This document shows positions 27,844 to 37,122 of a DNA stretch of 45,841 nucleotides, piece by piece. Where the stretch lies: positions 1 to 45,841 of the forward strand of contig JAGCFB010000032.1 in assembly GCA_017650345.1 (NCBI GenBank), given 5' to 3'. Position 1 is the first letter of the stretch. Each line of letters starts with the position of its first letter. The stretch comes from Kiritimatiellia bacterium. Lineage in GTDB: Bacteria > Verrucomicrobiota > Kiritimatiellia > RFP12 > UBA1067. Under the pieces are notes generated by a model. It saw only the letters and a program-made list of their open reading frames with translations, had not been told where the DNA came from and did no database searches. The position numbers were made by a program, and so were the translations under genes.

Positions 27844-28626
27844 ATGGACGCGCTCTTCGCATGGCTTTTCAGACGTCCCGTCCCGCTTTCGCTGGCGGGC
27901 GCGCACTTCCTTCCCTTCGCTCTTCTCGCGTGGGTCGTCATCCTCGGACGCGCCGTTACCGGACGCTTCAGCCGTCGCGAATGGGCGCTTTTCGCCGTCT
28001 TCGCCGTCTGCTACGCCCTCGAGACCGTCCAGCTCATGGCTGCAGGCTTCGGATTCCTCGGCGACGACACGTACGGACTCCCCCGCTACTTCGGAGTCCT
28101 CGCGCCGATCCTCTGGATATGGGCCGCATGGTCTCTCGCGTCCGTCTGGTCCGCCGCGTCCGGCGGCTGGCGCACCTTCCTGTGCCGCGCGGCGGTCGTC
28201 GCCGCAATCGCCTGGATCGCGATTTCCCAGAACTACGGACAGGTCGAGCCCGCCTACAGCAGGGGCGCGATACCCGACGTCCACGTCGCCTGCTCCAAGG
28301 CCGCCCGGATCATAAGCCGCGACTACGCCGGACCGGAGCGCCAGGAGAAGCCGAGGCGCGTCCTCCAGGAATACTACTCGTCGCGCCGCCCTGTCGTTTT
28401 CAGCGACTTCGGCGCCGTCGCCTGGATGCTGCGCGGACAGTCCGAAGGCGCCCAGCAGAGCTCGGGATACTGTCCGTACCCGGACGACTACCTCTTCATT
28501 CGCGTCGGCTCCGGCTACGGGACCATCGAGACGGTGGACGCCAGGCAGTACGACTACATGGGGACGGTCAAGGGGCTCGGGACGGAGTGGCGCCTCTTCC
28601 GGCGCAAGACGACCCCGCACAGGTGA
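27844..28626 (+). CDS. Membrane protein, possibly the C-terminal half of a GT-C enzyme
   Basis: About 4 TM segments, PRYFG..P motif and a soluble C-terminal domain; starts 3 nt after the upstream stop. Confidence 0.5.
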   Translation: MDALFAWLFRRPVPLSLAGAHFLPFALLAWVVILGRAVTGRFSRREWALFAVFAVCYALETVQLMAAGFGFLGDDTYGLPRYFGVLAPILWIWAAWSLASVWSAASGGWRTFLCRAAVVAAIAWIAISQNYGQVEPAYSRGAIPDVHVACSKAARIISRDYAGPERQEKPRRVLQEYYSSRRPVVFSDFGAVAWMLRGQSEGAQQSSGYCPYPDDYLFIRVGSGYGTIETVDARQYDYMGTVKGLGTEWRLFRRKTTPHR

Positions 28627-28645
28627 TTTCGGAGCCAGACATCCA

Positions 28646-30016
28646 ATGACAGCCATAATCGACTACAAGGCGGGAAACCTCACCAGCGTGAAGCTCGCGT
28701 TCGCCGCTATCGGCGAGGACGCCGTCTTGACTTCCGCCCCCGAGACCGTCCGCCGCGCGGACCGCGTCGTCTTCCCGGGCGTCGGAGCAGCGCGCAGCGC
28801 GATGGAGAACCTCCGTCGCATGGGACTCGAGGCAGCAGTCCGCGAGGCCGCCGCGACGAAGCCGTTCCTCGGCATCTGCCTCGGAATGCAGATACTCTTC
28901 GAGCACAGCGAGGAGGACGGAGGCGTCGATCTCCTCGGAATCCTCCCCGGCCGCGTCCGCCGCTTCCCGGAAACGGCGGGCTGCAAGGTTCCGCAGATCG
29001 GCTGGAACCAGGTCAACGGCGGCACGGACTACTATTTCGTCCACAGCTACTACGCCGAGAAGGGCGAGGCGACCGTCGGCGTGACGGACTACGCGGGCGT
29101 CGAGTTCACGAGCGCCGTCGCGAAGGGCGGACTCCTCGCCTGCCAGTTCCACCCCGAGAAGTCCGGTCGCGCCGGCCTCGCGCTCCTCAAGTCCTGGCTC
29201 GCCGGGGAGCGTCCGTTCGCCATTTCCCCGGCCGGCGGCGGCCTGACCCGCCGCGTCATCCCATGCCTGGACGTTCGGCAGGGACGCGTCACGAAGGGCG
29301 TGAAGTTCAAGAACAACATCGACCTCGGAGATCCCGTCGAGATGGCCGTCGGGTATTCGGACGGCGGGGCGGACGAGCTGGTCTTCTACGACATCACGGC
29401 TTCCGCCGAGCGCCGTCCGATCGACATCGGCATGGTCGCGTCCGTCGCGAAGGCGATCCGCATCCCGTTCGCCGTCGGCGGCGGGATCTCGTCCGTCGCG
29501 GACATGGAGCGCGTCATCCTCGCCGGCGCGGAGAAGGTCTCCGTCAACTCGCTCGCCGTCCGCAATCCGCAGATCATCGCGGATGGCGCCGCGGCGTTCG
29601 GACGCCAGTGCGTCGTCTTGGGGATGGACCCCGTGAAGAGCGCGAATCCGGCGTGTCCGAGCGGATACGAGGTGACGACCCGCGGATTCCGCGAGTTCAC
29701 GGGCATGGACGCCGTGGAGTGGGCGAAGCGCGCGGCGGACCTCGGAGCTGGCGAGATAGTGGTCAATTCAGTGGATGCGGACGGCACGAGGGCCGGCTTC
29801 GAGCTGGACATAACGCGGATGATCGCGGACGCCGTGGGCGTCCCGGTCGTGGCGTCCGGCGGCGCGGGACGTCCCGAGCACCTGGTGACCGTGTTCCGCG
29901 AGGCGCGCGCCGACGCCGCGATCGTCGCCGGGATGATCCACACGGGCGAATACACGATAACGGACATCAAGCGCGTGATGTCCGCCTCCGGCGTCCCGAC
30001 GCGCATGAGCTACTGA
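28646..30016 (+). CDS. hisHF: Fused imidazole glycerol phosphate synthase (HisH glutaminase + HisF cyclase)
   Basis: DYKAGNL.SV, FPGVG, GICLGMQ, YFVHSY and QFHPEKSG, then in frame [32 protein letters not shown] and VASGGAG. Confidence 0.93.
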   Translation: MTAIIDYKAGNLTSVKLAFAAIGEDAVLTSAPETVRRADRVVFPGVGAARSAMENLRRMGLEAAVREAAATKPFLGICLGMQILFEHSEEDGGVDLLGILPGRVRRFPETAGCKVPQIGWNQVNGGTDYYFVHSYYAEKGEATVGVTDYAGVEFTSAVAKGGLLACQFHPEKSGRAGLALLKSWLAGERPFAISPAGGGLTRRVIPCLDVRQGRVTKGVKFKNNIDLGDPVEMAVGYSDGGADELVFYDITASAERRPIDIGMVASVAKAIRIPFAVGGGISSVADMERVILAGAEKVSVNSLAVRNPQIIADGAAAFGRQCVVLGMDPVKSANPACPSGYEVTTRGFREFTGMDAVEWAKRAADLGAGEIVVNSVDADGTRAGFELDITRMIADAVGVPVVASGGAGRPEHLVTVFREARADAAIVAGMIHTGEYTITDIKRVMSASGVPTRMSY

Positions 30017-30017
30017 C

Positions 30018-30509
30018 ATGAAGCGCTTCCTCGCCGCCGCCGTCTTCGCGTCCGCCGCGCTGCTCTCCCTGGCGGAGGACTTCGCGCTCCCCCGACGCTA
30101 CGTCGGGGCGTCCGCCGCGCTGACGCTTCCGCAGGGCGGCTCGCGCATGCGCCGCATTGGAGGCGCCGCCGCGCGCGCGGGCTACTACTTCAACGACAAC
30201 TTCGCCCTGGAGTGCGAGGCGGGACGCCTGGAGGACCGCACGGCGCTCGCCGCGCGCGGCGTCTGGCACGCGCAGGGCTGGGAGTGGTTCGGACGCCTCT
30301 TCGGCTACGAGCGGCTGGACCCGTTCGCGACGCTCGGAGCGCGCGGATGGACGCCGAACGGACAGGTCGGGCCCGCGTTCGGACTGGGCGCTTTCTACTA
30401 TCTCGGTGACGCCTGGGCCGTCCGCTTCGACGCGGAGTTCGAGCTCGGACTCGACACGCGCGCGGAAACGTCCCACACGCTCTCCCTCGGACTCCAGTAC
30501 TCGTTCTGA
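30018..30509 (+). CDS. Small outer-membrane beta-barrel protein
   Basis: Signal peptide, alternating beta strands, GYYFNDNFALE, C-terminal LGLQYSF (BAM-type signal). Confidence 0.7.
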   Translation: MKRFLAAAVFASAALLSLAEDFALPRRYVGASAALTLPQGGSRMRRIGGAAARAGYYFNDNFALECEAGRLEDRTALAARGVWHAQGWEWFGRLFGYERLDPFATLGARGWTPNGQVGPAFGLGAFYYLGDAWAVRFDAEFELGLDTRAETSHTLSLGLQYSF

Positions 30510-30525
30510 GAAAACGCTTTCCCAC

Positions 30526-30554
30526 TTGATTTTGCGCCGGATATTCGGTATCAT
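30526..30554 (+). promoter_or_regulatory. Sigma70-type promoter for pal-tat
   Basis: TTGATT-N17-TATCAT; AAGGAG Shine-Dalgarno downstream. Confidence 0.65.
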
Positions 30555-30597
30555 ATTCAGCAACAAACGATTTGAAAAAACAAAGGAGCAAAAAGAA

Positions 30598-31191
30598 ATG
30601 AAGTTCTCTACGATTATGGCGGTTCTTGCGGTTGGAGTGGCCGTTGTTGCCTCCGGCTGCAAGTACGACAAGGTTGGCGGCGCGAAGGGCGGCGCCGGAG
30701 CCGGACAGGACGATTCCGCGTCCGCGCAGGAGATCGGCACCGAGGAGGGCGGCATCGACATCCAGGACGTCGAGGGTGGCGATGAGGGCAGCGTGGACGA
30801 CATCGCCGGAACGGCCGGCAAGTCGTTCGAGGAGCTCTACACCCGCTGCAACGACGTCGCCTTCGCCCCCGTCTATTTCGGCTTCGACTCCACGGTCGTT
30901 CCGCAGTCCGAGCTCGGCAAGATCGACGCCGTCGCCGCCCACCTCTCCGAGAACGCCGACCGCGTGGTCGCCGTCGAGGGACACTGCGACGAGCGCGGCG
31001 CGAACGAGTACAACATGGTCCTTGGCGAGAGCCGCGCGAAGATCGTCCGCAACTACCTCGTCCAGAACGGCATCTCCGACGACCGCATCGAGACGCACAG
31101 CTACGGCGAGGAGCGTCCTGCCGCGCATGGCACCGGCGAGGAGGTCTGGGCGAAGAACCGCCGCGGCGAGTTCGTAATCTACCAGAAGTGA
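30598..31191 (+). CDS. pal: Peptidoglycan-associated lipoprotein (OmpA-C domain)
   Basis: Lipobox ASGC; VYFGFDS, VEGHCDERG..EYN..LGESRA, SYGEERP and NRR motifs. Confidence 0.88.
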   Translation: MKFSTIMAVLAVGVAVVASGCKYDKVGGAKGGAGAGQDDSASAQEIGTEEGGIDIQDVEGGDEGSVDDIAGTAGKSFEELYTRCNDVAFAPVYFGFDSTVVPQSELGKIDAVAAHLSENADRVVAVEGHCDERGANEYNMVLGESRAKIVRNYLVQNGISDDRIETHSYGEERPAAHGTGEEVWAKNRRGEFVIYQK

Positions 31192-31195
31192 CGCC

Positions 31196-31477
31196 TTGAC
31201 GCTCGCGTTCATCTTCGACAGCGTTGGCTTCGGCGAGTGGTTCGTGCTGCTCGCCGTTGTCGTTGTTGTGGTGGGCCCGAAGCGCCTTCCGGAGACGGCG
31301 CGGAAGCTCGGACAGTGGTACGCCAGGCTCTGCCGCGCGGCCGAGGGCTTCAAGCGCCAGCTGATGGACATGGATGCGGACGTGACGCGCGCGGCGGCGG
31401 ACGCGAAGCGCGAAGCCGAGGACGCATTCAGGATCGAGGGCGACGAATCCAGCGCCAAGCCCTTCATGGAGGCGTAG
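31196..31477 (+). CDS. tatB: Twin-arginine translocase TatA/TatB family subunit
   Basis: GFGEW..L..V..VVVGPKRLPE.AR.LG; directly upstream of tatC. Confidence 0.8.
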   Translation: MTLAFIFDSVGFGEWFVLLAVVVVVVGPKRLPETARKLGQWYARLCRAAEGFKRQLMDMDADVTRAAADAKREAEDAFRIEGDESSAKPFMEA

Positions 31478-31480
31478 CCG

Positions 31481-32227
31481 GTGGCGATCGCGCTCATCAA
31501 GGACCCCGACAGGCGGGACGACCCTCCGCGCCCGCTCCTCGAGCACCTTCTGGCGCTCCGGGACATGCTGATCTTCGGCGGAATCGCGTGGGCGGCGTGC
31601 GTGGTCGCGGCGGGCGTCTTCTCCCCGCAGATCCTCGCATGGCTCAAGAGCCCCGCGGCGGCCAGCGAGGAGATGCTCCAGGGGCTGGACCTTACGAGCG
31701 GCTTCTCCGTCATGATGTCCATCGCCGCATGGGGCGGGACGGCGCTCAGCTTCCCGTTCCTCGTATTCGCGCTCCTTAGGTTCGTCTTCCCGGCCCTCAC
31801 GCGCCGCGAGAAGTTCGTGATGCTCACGATCCTCGTCACGGGTTCGCTTCTCTTCATCGTCGGCGTGGGCCTCGCGTACAGGAAGACGCTTCCGCTCGTC
31901 GTCACGGCCTTCCAGCAGATCAACGCCTGGGTCGGACTCCCCGTGGAGACGATCCGCATCGAGGGCTACATCTCGATAATCCTGAAGACGATAATAGCGT
32001 TCGGACTCGTCTTCCAGCTTCCGCTCGTCCTCTTCGTGCTGGGGTGGTTCGGCGTCGTCACGAGCGACGGGCTGCGCGCGAAGCGGCGCGGCGCGATAGT
32101 GCTGGCGTTCGTGCTGGCGATGTTCCTCACGCCGCCCGATCCGATGAGCCAGCTCATGATGGCGATTCCGCTCTGCCTTCTGTACGAGCTGTCGATCTGG
32201 GCCGTCTGGCTCCGAGAGAGGATGTGA
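31481..32227 (+). CDS. tatC: Twin-arginine translocase subunit TatC
   Basis: LLEHL..LR, F.FPAL..REK, FGLVFQLP, TPPD..SQ and LYE.SI motifs. Confidence 0.93.
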   Translation: MAIALIKDPDRRDDPPRPLLEHLLALRDMLIFGGIAWAACVVAAGVFSPQILAWLKSPAAASEEMLQGLDLTSGFSVMMSIAAWGGTALSFPFLVFALLRFVFPALTRREKFVMLTILVTGSLLFIVGVGLAYRKTLPLVVTAFQQINAWVGLPVETIRIEGYISIILKTIIAFGLVFQLPLVLFVLGWFGVVTSDGLRAKRRGAIVLAFVLAMFLTPPDPMSQLMMAIPLCLLYELSIWAVWLRERM

Positions 32228-33552
32228 TGAGACGACATTCCTCCATAGCGCTCGGATTCCTCGTCCTCATCGCCATCGGCGCGGTCGTGCTGGCGAGTCC
32301 GTGGACGCGCGCGGCGGGGACGTGGGGCGGATGGGGCAACGCGCTCTTCACGTCGTTCTCGGCCGTCTGCGTCACGGGGCTCTCCGTCGTCGATATCGCG
32401 TCCGAATACTCGCTCTTCGGACAGTGCGTCCTCCTCTTCCTCGTCGAGGTCGGCTGCCTCGGACTCATGACGTGCGGAACGTTCCTCCTGATCGCGATCG
32501 GACGCCGCCTTTCGCTGAGCCGCGAGTTCTCGCTTATGAACGCGTACGGGGTCGCCGAGGTGCACGGGCTCAAGGGCCTCATCTGCTGGGTCGTCTGCTC
32601 GATGGTGGTCATAGAGGCGCTTGGCGCGGTGGCGCTCTACGCAAGGATGGGCGACTGGTACCTCGCGGTGTTCTACTCGATAATGAGCTTCTGCAACGCC
32701 GGGTTCAGCATCCTCCCCGGCTCGCTCGCGTCATTCGCGGACGATCCGTTCGTCGTCGTCACGTGCGCCGTGCTGACGGTCCTCGGAGGGATCGGCTTCC
32801 TCGTAATCTACAACCTCTGCACGTTCAAGTTCCTCCGGCGGAAGTCCGGCGGAAAGGGACGCCTCACGCTCCACACGCGCGTCGTCCTCCGCTTCACCGG
32901 CTACCTGCTCGCCTTCGCCTTCGCCGCCTTCGCCCTCGTCGAATGGGAAGCGTCGCTCGCCGGGATGCCGCTCGCCAAGAAGCTCTGGGTCTCGCTCTAC
33001 CAGTCCGTCACCCCCCGCACCTGCGGCTTCTGCGTCGTCCCCACGGAGTCCCTCCAGCCCGTCACCCGCCTCGTGTACGAGTTCCTCATGTTCATCGGCG
33101 GCGCGCCGGGGTCCGCCGCAGCCGGCATAAAGATAACCACGTTCGCCGTGATCTGCTACACCATGACGGCCCTCTGCCGCGGCGAGGCGGAGACGATCAT
33201 CTCGCGCAGGCTCATCCCGGTGGACGTCGTGCGCGAGTCGCTCGTGATCCTCATGGCCCTCATCGTCTTCGCTGGCGTCGTGACCGGCGCGCTGTTCTGG
33301 ACCGAGGCGGCGCACGTCGCGTCCGGCAAGGTCGCGCTCGACGCGCTCTTCTTCGAGGCGGTCTCCGCCGTCACGACCACGGGGCTCTCCGTCGGCACGA
33401 CGACGGCGGACCTCACGATGGCCGGCCGCGCTGTGATCGTCGTCGCCATGTTCATGGGGCGCCTCGGCGCGCTCACGGTCGTCATGATGATCGGCGACCG
33501 CGAGACGAAGCGCCACGTCCGCTTCCCCACCGAGGAGATCGTCGTCGGCTAG
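32227..33552 (+). CDS. TrkH/KtrB family K+ uptake membrane subunit
   Basis: SAVCVTGL, FCNAGF, TPRTCGF, MFIGGAPGS..GIK and FEAVSA.TTTGLS motifs. Confidence 0.9.
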   Translation: MRRHSSIALGFLVLIAIGAVVLASPWTRAAGTWGGWGNALFTSFSAVCVTGLSVVDIASEYSLFGQCVLLFLVEVGCLGLMTCGTFLLIAIGRRLSLSREFSLMNAYGVAEVHGLKGLICWVVCSMVVIEALGAVALYARMGDWYLAVFYSIMSFCNAGFSILPGSLASFADDPFVVVTCAVLTVLGGIGFLVIYNLCTFKFLRRKSGGKGRLTLHTRVVLRFTGYLLAFAFAAFALVEWEASLAGMPLAKKLWVSLYQSVTPRTCGFCVVPTESLQPVTRLVYEFLMFIGGAPGSAAAGIKITTFAVICYTMTALCRGEAETIISRRLIPVDVVRESLVILMALIVFAGVVTGALFWTEAAHVASGKVALDALFFEAVSAVTTTGLSVGTTTADLTMAGRAVIVVAMFMGRLGALTVVMMIGDRETKRHVRFPTEEIVVG

Positions 33553-33563
33553 CCGGAACCGAT

Positions 33564-35222
33564 ATGCTACACATGCCCAGAGGAGCAAAGAGACTTGGAA
33601 TCATGGCCGTCGCCGCGCTCGCGCTCGCTGCGCGCGCGTTTGCGGCGGACGTCGCGGTCCTCGCGCACGACCCCGGATACTACACGTCGCTCGCGAAGCA
33701 CGTCCAGCGCTGGCTCGCGCAGCACGAGATCGCGTCCGACCTCGCCGCGCCCGACGGGATGTCCGCCGCGCTGGCGGACGCCAAGGTCGCATTCCTCGTC
33801 GGCTTCGACGCACCGACTGACGCGGAGATGAAGGCAATCGAGGCCTACCGTGCGCGCGGCGGACGTCTCGTCGTGTTCTACTCGTCCTCGCCGCGCCTCG
33901 CCGCGCTCATGGGCGTCAAGGTCCTCGGCTTCGCCAAGGCGGCGTATCCGGGGCAGTGGAGCCGCATGGACTTCTCCGTCAACTTTCCCGAAGGGCTCCC
34001 CAGGAGCGTCCTCCAGACATCGACCGTCCTCCAGAAGGCCGCGCCGCTTCCCGGGAAGGGCCGCGTCATGGCGACGTGGTCCGACCGCGCCGGACGTCCC
34101 ACGGGCGACGCGGCGTGGATATCGACCTCCGCCGGCTACTGGATGACGCACGTCCTGCTGGCGGACGGCGACGAGGCGCTCAAGGCGCAGACGCTCGCCG
34201 CGATGGTCGGGTGCCTGGCGCCGGGGACGTGGAGCTGGGAGAAGTACAAGGCGCGCGAGGAGAGCGAGCGCCGCGCGCTGGCGGAGTTCGCGGCGGCGCA
34301 GGTTCCGCAGAAGGGCGAGATACACGCGGTCTGGGACCATTCCGGGTGCGGACTCTATCCGGGCGACTGGCCGCGGACGATCCGCCTGCTCAAGTCGTCC
34401 GGCGTGACGGATCTCTTCGTCAACGTCGCGGGCGCGGGATTCGCGCACTATCCGTCGAAGGTCCTGCCGCGCTCGCGCACGTACGAGCAGGAGGGCGACC
34501 AGATGAAGGCGTGCCTCGCGGCGGCGGCGGGGAGCGGGATCCGCGTGCACGCGTGGGTGCTCTGCTTCACCGCGACGCGCGCGACGCCGGAGCGGCTCGA
34601 GAGGTTCAAGGCGGACGGCTGGCGGCTCAAGGACAGGGACGGGAGGCTCACGGAGTACCTGGACCCGTCGAACGCCGCCGTCAGGAAGCGCATCCTCGAC
34701 GCGATCGACGAGCTTCAGGCGAAGTACGCCATAGACGGGATCCACCTCGACTTCGTCCGCTGGTACGAGCGCGCGGAGAAGCCGAAGGACGCGGCGGACG
34801 TCGTATCGCGGTTCGTCGCGGAGGTCCGCAAGCGCGTGAAGCGTCCGCGCTGGCTCACCGCCGCCGTCCTCGGAAAGTACCCGGCGTGCATCGCTTCCGT
34901 CGGACAGGACTGGGACGGATGGCTCGATACGGGGTCCGTCGATTACGTCGTCCCCATGGACTACACGGAGGATCCGGTCAAGTTCGCGTCCTTCCTCGCG
35001 CAGCACGCGCTGAAGAAGTCGCACGCGCGCAAGACCATCGTGGGGATCGGCGTGACGGCGAACGAGTCGCGGCTCGGCGCGCGCGAGGTGATCACCCAGC
35101 TCAGGATGGCGCGCGCGTGCGGATTCCCTGGCGCGTCGCTCTTCGACCTCGACACGACGCTAGAGAAGCAGGTGCTTCCGTACCTCAGGCAGGGGCTCTG
35201 GCGGGACGACGCGAAGCGCTGA
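33564..35222 (+). CDS. Secreted glycosyl hydrolase-like 10 (GHL10/YddW-type) protein with an extra N-terminal domain
   Basis: Signal peptide AFA|AD; EIHAVW, GIRVHAW, YLDPSN..VR, IDGIHLDFVR, QDW..W and PMDY motifs. Exact start uncertain (33564, 33573 or 33603). Confidence 0.8.
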   Translation: MLHMPRGAKRLGIMAVAALALAARAFAADVAVLAHDPGYYTSLAKHVQRWLAQHEIASDLAAPDGMSAALADAKVAFLVGFDAPTDAEMKAIEAYRARGGRLVVFYSSSPRLAALMGVKVLGFAKAAYPGQWSRMDFSVNFPEGLPRSVLQTSTVLQKAAPLPGKGRVMATWSDRAGRPTGDAAWISTSAGYWMTHVLLADGDEALKAQTLAAMVGCLAPGTWSWEKYKAREESERRALAEFAAAQVPQKGEIHAVWDHSGCGLYPGDWPRTIRLLKSSGVTDLFVNVAGAGFAHYPSKVLPRSRTYEQEGDQMKACLAAAAGSGIRVHAWVLCFTATRATPERLERFKADGWRLKDRDGRLTEYLDPSNAAVRKRILDAIDELQAKYAIDGIHLDFVRWYERAEKPKDAADVVSRFVAEVRKRVKRPRWLTAAVLGKYPACIASVGQDWDGWLDTGSVDYVVPMDYTEDPVKFASFLAQHALKKSHARKTIVGIGVTANESRLGAREVITQLRMARACGFPGASLFDLDTTLEKQVLPYLRQGLWRDDAKR

Positions 35223-35235
35223 CGCGCCGCAGCAG

Positions 35236-35264
35236 TTGCGCCGAGTGCGGATTTTTTATATAAT
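35236..35264 (+). promoter_or_regulatory. Sigma70-type promoter
   Basis: TTGCGC-N17-TATAAT; AAGGAGG Shine-Dalgarno before ATG 35299. Confidence 0.7.
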
Positions 35265-35298
35265 AGATGCAGTTGGAGCAACATCAAGGAGGCGAAAA

Positions 35299-35667
35299 AT
35301 GGCCGAAGCAGAGGAAATGGAGATTCCCGAGAACCAGAGCGCCGACGGCGTGGAGATTCGCGACACGGACATCGTGTTCGACTGTCCGCGCTGCGGCAAG
35401 AGCCTTGTCATCGACTACCGCGGCGCGGGACTCGAGATCACGTGCTCTCAGTGCGGGGCAAGCGTGCTAGTGCCGATTCCCGACGGCATGCAGCTCTCGG
35501 ACCTCGACCTCGACCCGGGCGAGATACTCAAGCAGCTTTTCGCCACGAGGCGCAACTACCAGAAGGCGGAGCTGCGCGTCCAGGCGCTCAAGGCGAGCCT
35601 CGCCCAGCTCCAGGAGGCTCTCGGAGCCATGAGCGAAGCAGTCGCCAAGGGGCTGACCGAAGAGTGA
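35299..35667 (+). CDS. Small zinc-ribbon plus coiled-coil protein
   Basis: CPRC..CSQC pairs and a C-terminal heptad helix. Confidence 0.75.
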   Translation: MAEAEEMEIPENQSADGVEIRDTDIVFDCPRCGKSLVIDYRGAGLEITCSQCGASVLVPIPDGMQLSDLDLDPGEILKQLFATRRNYQKAELRVQALKASLAQLQEALGAMSEAVAKGLTEE

Positions 35668-36287
35668 GCGCGCGGCGTGCATTCGTGAACGCGCTGACCT
35701 TCCTGCGCGTTCCCCTGATCTTCGCGTGGCTGGTCCTGGCCATGGCGGAGGAGTTCCGCGGCGGGTTCTGGCTCGGCTTCTGGGCGTGCGCGGCGATGTT
35801 TCTCGCCGGGCTTACGGACGCCTTCGACGGCGCGCTCGCGCGCAAGTGGGACGTCGTCTCGCAGCTCGGCAAGATGGCCGATCCGCTCATGGACAAGGTG
35901 TTCTACGTGGTGGCGTTCCCGTCGCTCACGTGGCTCATCATGAAGCAGGGCGGTCCGCAGGTGCACGGCATCGCGATGCTCATCTTCACGATACTCTACA
36001 TCCTGCGCGACCTCTGGGTCACGTTCATCCGCTCGGTCGGCGCCATGTTCGGCGCGGACGTCGCGGCGATGTGGCTCGGCAAGGTGCGCACGGCGCTCTC
36101 GTTCCCGGCCGCGGGGTGGATATACCTCTACCTCGCCGTCCACCGCTCGTTCCCCGAGTGGGAGACGCCGTGGATCTGGAGCTGCTACGTCGTGGAGTCC
36201 GTGATGATCGCCATCAACGTCGTGAGCTTCATCACCTACACCGGCGCATACATGCCCTACCTCAGAAAGGCACTTGAACGCAAGTGA
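35664..36287 (+). CDS. pgsA: CDP-alcohol phosphatidyltransferase (PgsA-like)
   Basis: NALT.LRV, TDAFDG.LARK, LGKMADP.MDK and GK..T motifs; GTGA overlap. Confidence 0.8.
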   Translation: MSARRAFVNALTFLRVPLIFAWLVLAMAEEFRGGFWLGFWACAAMFLAGLTDAFDGALARKWDVVSQLGKMADPLMDKVFYVVAFPSLTWLIMKQGGPQVHGIAMLIFTILYILRDLWVTFIRSVGAMFGADVAAMWLGKVRTALSFPAAGWIYLYLAVHRSFPEWETPWIWSCYVVESVMIAINVVSFITYTGAYMPYLRKALERK

Positions 36288-36302
36288 TTTTTTTGAGATA
36301 AT
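36274..36302 (+). promoter_or_regulatory. Putative promoter for the prepilin gene
   Basis: TTGAAC-N17-GATAAT with extended TG. Confidence 0.45.
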
Positions 36303-36383
36303 ATTGCATGACGAAAGCGGGGCCCTGTCGAGGGTCCGCACGGAATTTAAACGAAACAACCAACAAAAGCAAGGAATAAAAAA

Positions 36384-37121
36384 ATGAACAAGACGGAAAA
36401 AGGTTTCACGCTTGTCGAGCTGCTGGTCGTCATCGGCATTCTCGGCATCCTCATGGGTGCGCTGTTCCCGGCGATCACCTCGGCCATGCTTTCTGCGCAG
36501 ACCAGCGCCATGGCGACCAACGGACGCAACCTCTACATCGGCATCACGCAGGCCAACGTCGATCGCGAGAGCCACGGCCGCGACGCGGTCTGGCCCAAGA
36601 ACAAGAGCGAGACCTCCTCCTCCGGCGGCGACGACATCTCCGACCAGAAGTACACCGACGCCGACAAGTACTTCGAGGACCTGGTCGACATGCAGAACTA
36701 CGGCACGACCTCGCACAGCCCGTTCGTCGATACGGACATCAAGTTCCTCTCCGGCGCCGGCGTCCCGGCCTACAAGGGCAACAAGTCCCTCAAGGGCTGC
36801 GTCGCGTGGAAGATCGTGACGGACCTCACGTCCGACATGCCCGACATCATCCCGGTGCTCGTCACGCGCAACCTCAACACGGACCAGTTCTACCGCTCCG
36901 GCCAGAGCAACGACTCCAACTCCCAGACGAAGCAGCTCTCGACCGACTCGAAGTTCCCGCTTCCGTTCGGCACCAAGGCGTCCGTGATCATCCACAAGGG
37001 CGGCGCGGCCTCCACCTACAAGGGCCGCTACCAGTCGCTCTCCGACATCTACGAGAAGCAGACGATCACGTTCGCGGACAACTCCGAGATCGACTACATC
37101 TCGCCGTCCGCCTCCAACTAA
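36384..37121 (+). CDS. Type IV pilin / T2SS pseudopilin-like protein
   Basis: Class III signal KG|FTLVELLVVIGILGIL..L.PA. Confidence 0.88.
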   Translation: MNKTEKGFTLVELLVVIGILGILMGALFPAITSAMLSAQTSAMATNGRNLYIGITQANVDRESHGRDAVWPKNKSETSSSGGDDISDQKYTDADKYFEDLVDMQNYGTTSHSPFVDTDIKFLSGAGVPAYKGNKSLKGCVAWKIVTDLTSDMPDIIPVLVTRNLNTDQFYRSGQSNDSNSQTKQLSTDSKFPLPFGTKASVIIHKGGAASTYKGRYQSLSDIYEKQTITFADNSEIDYISPSASN

Positions 37122-37122
37122 G

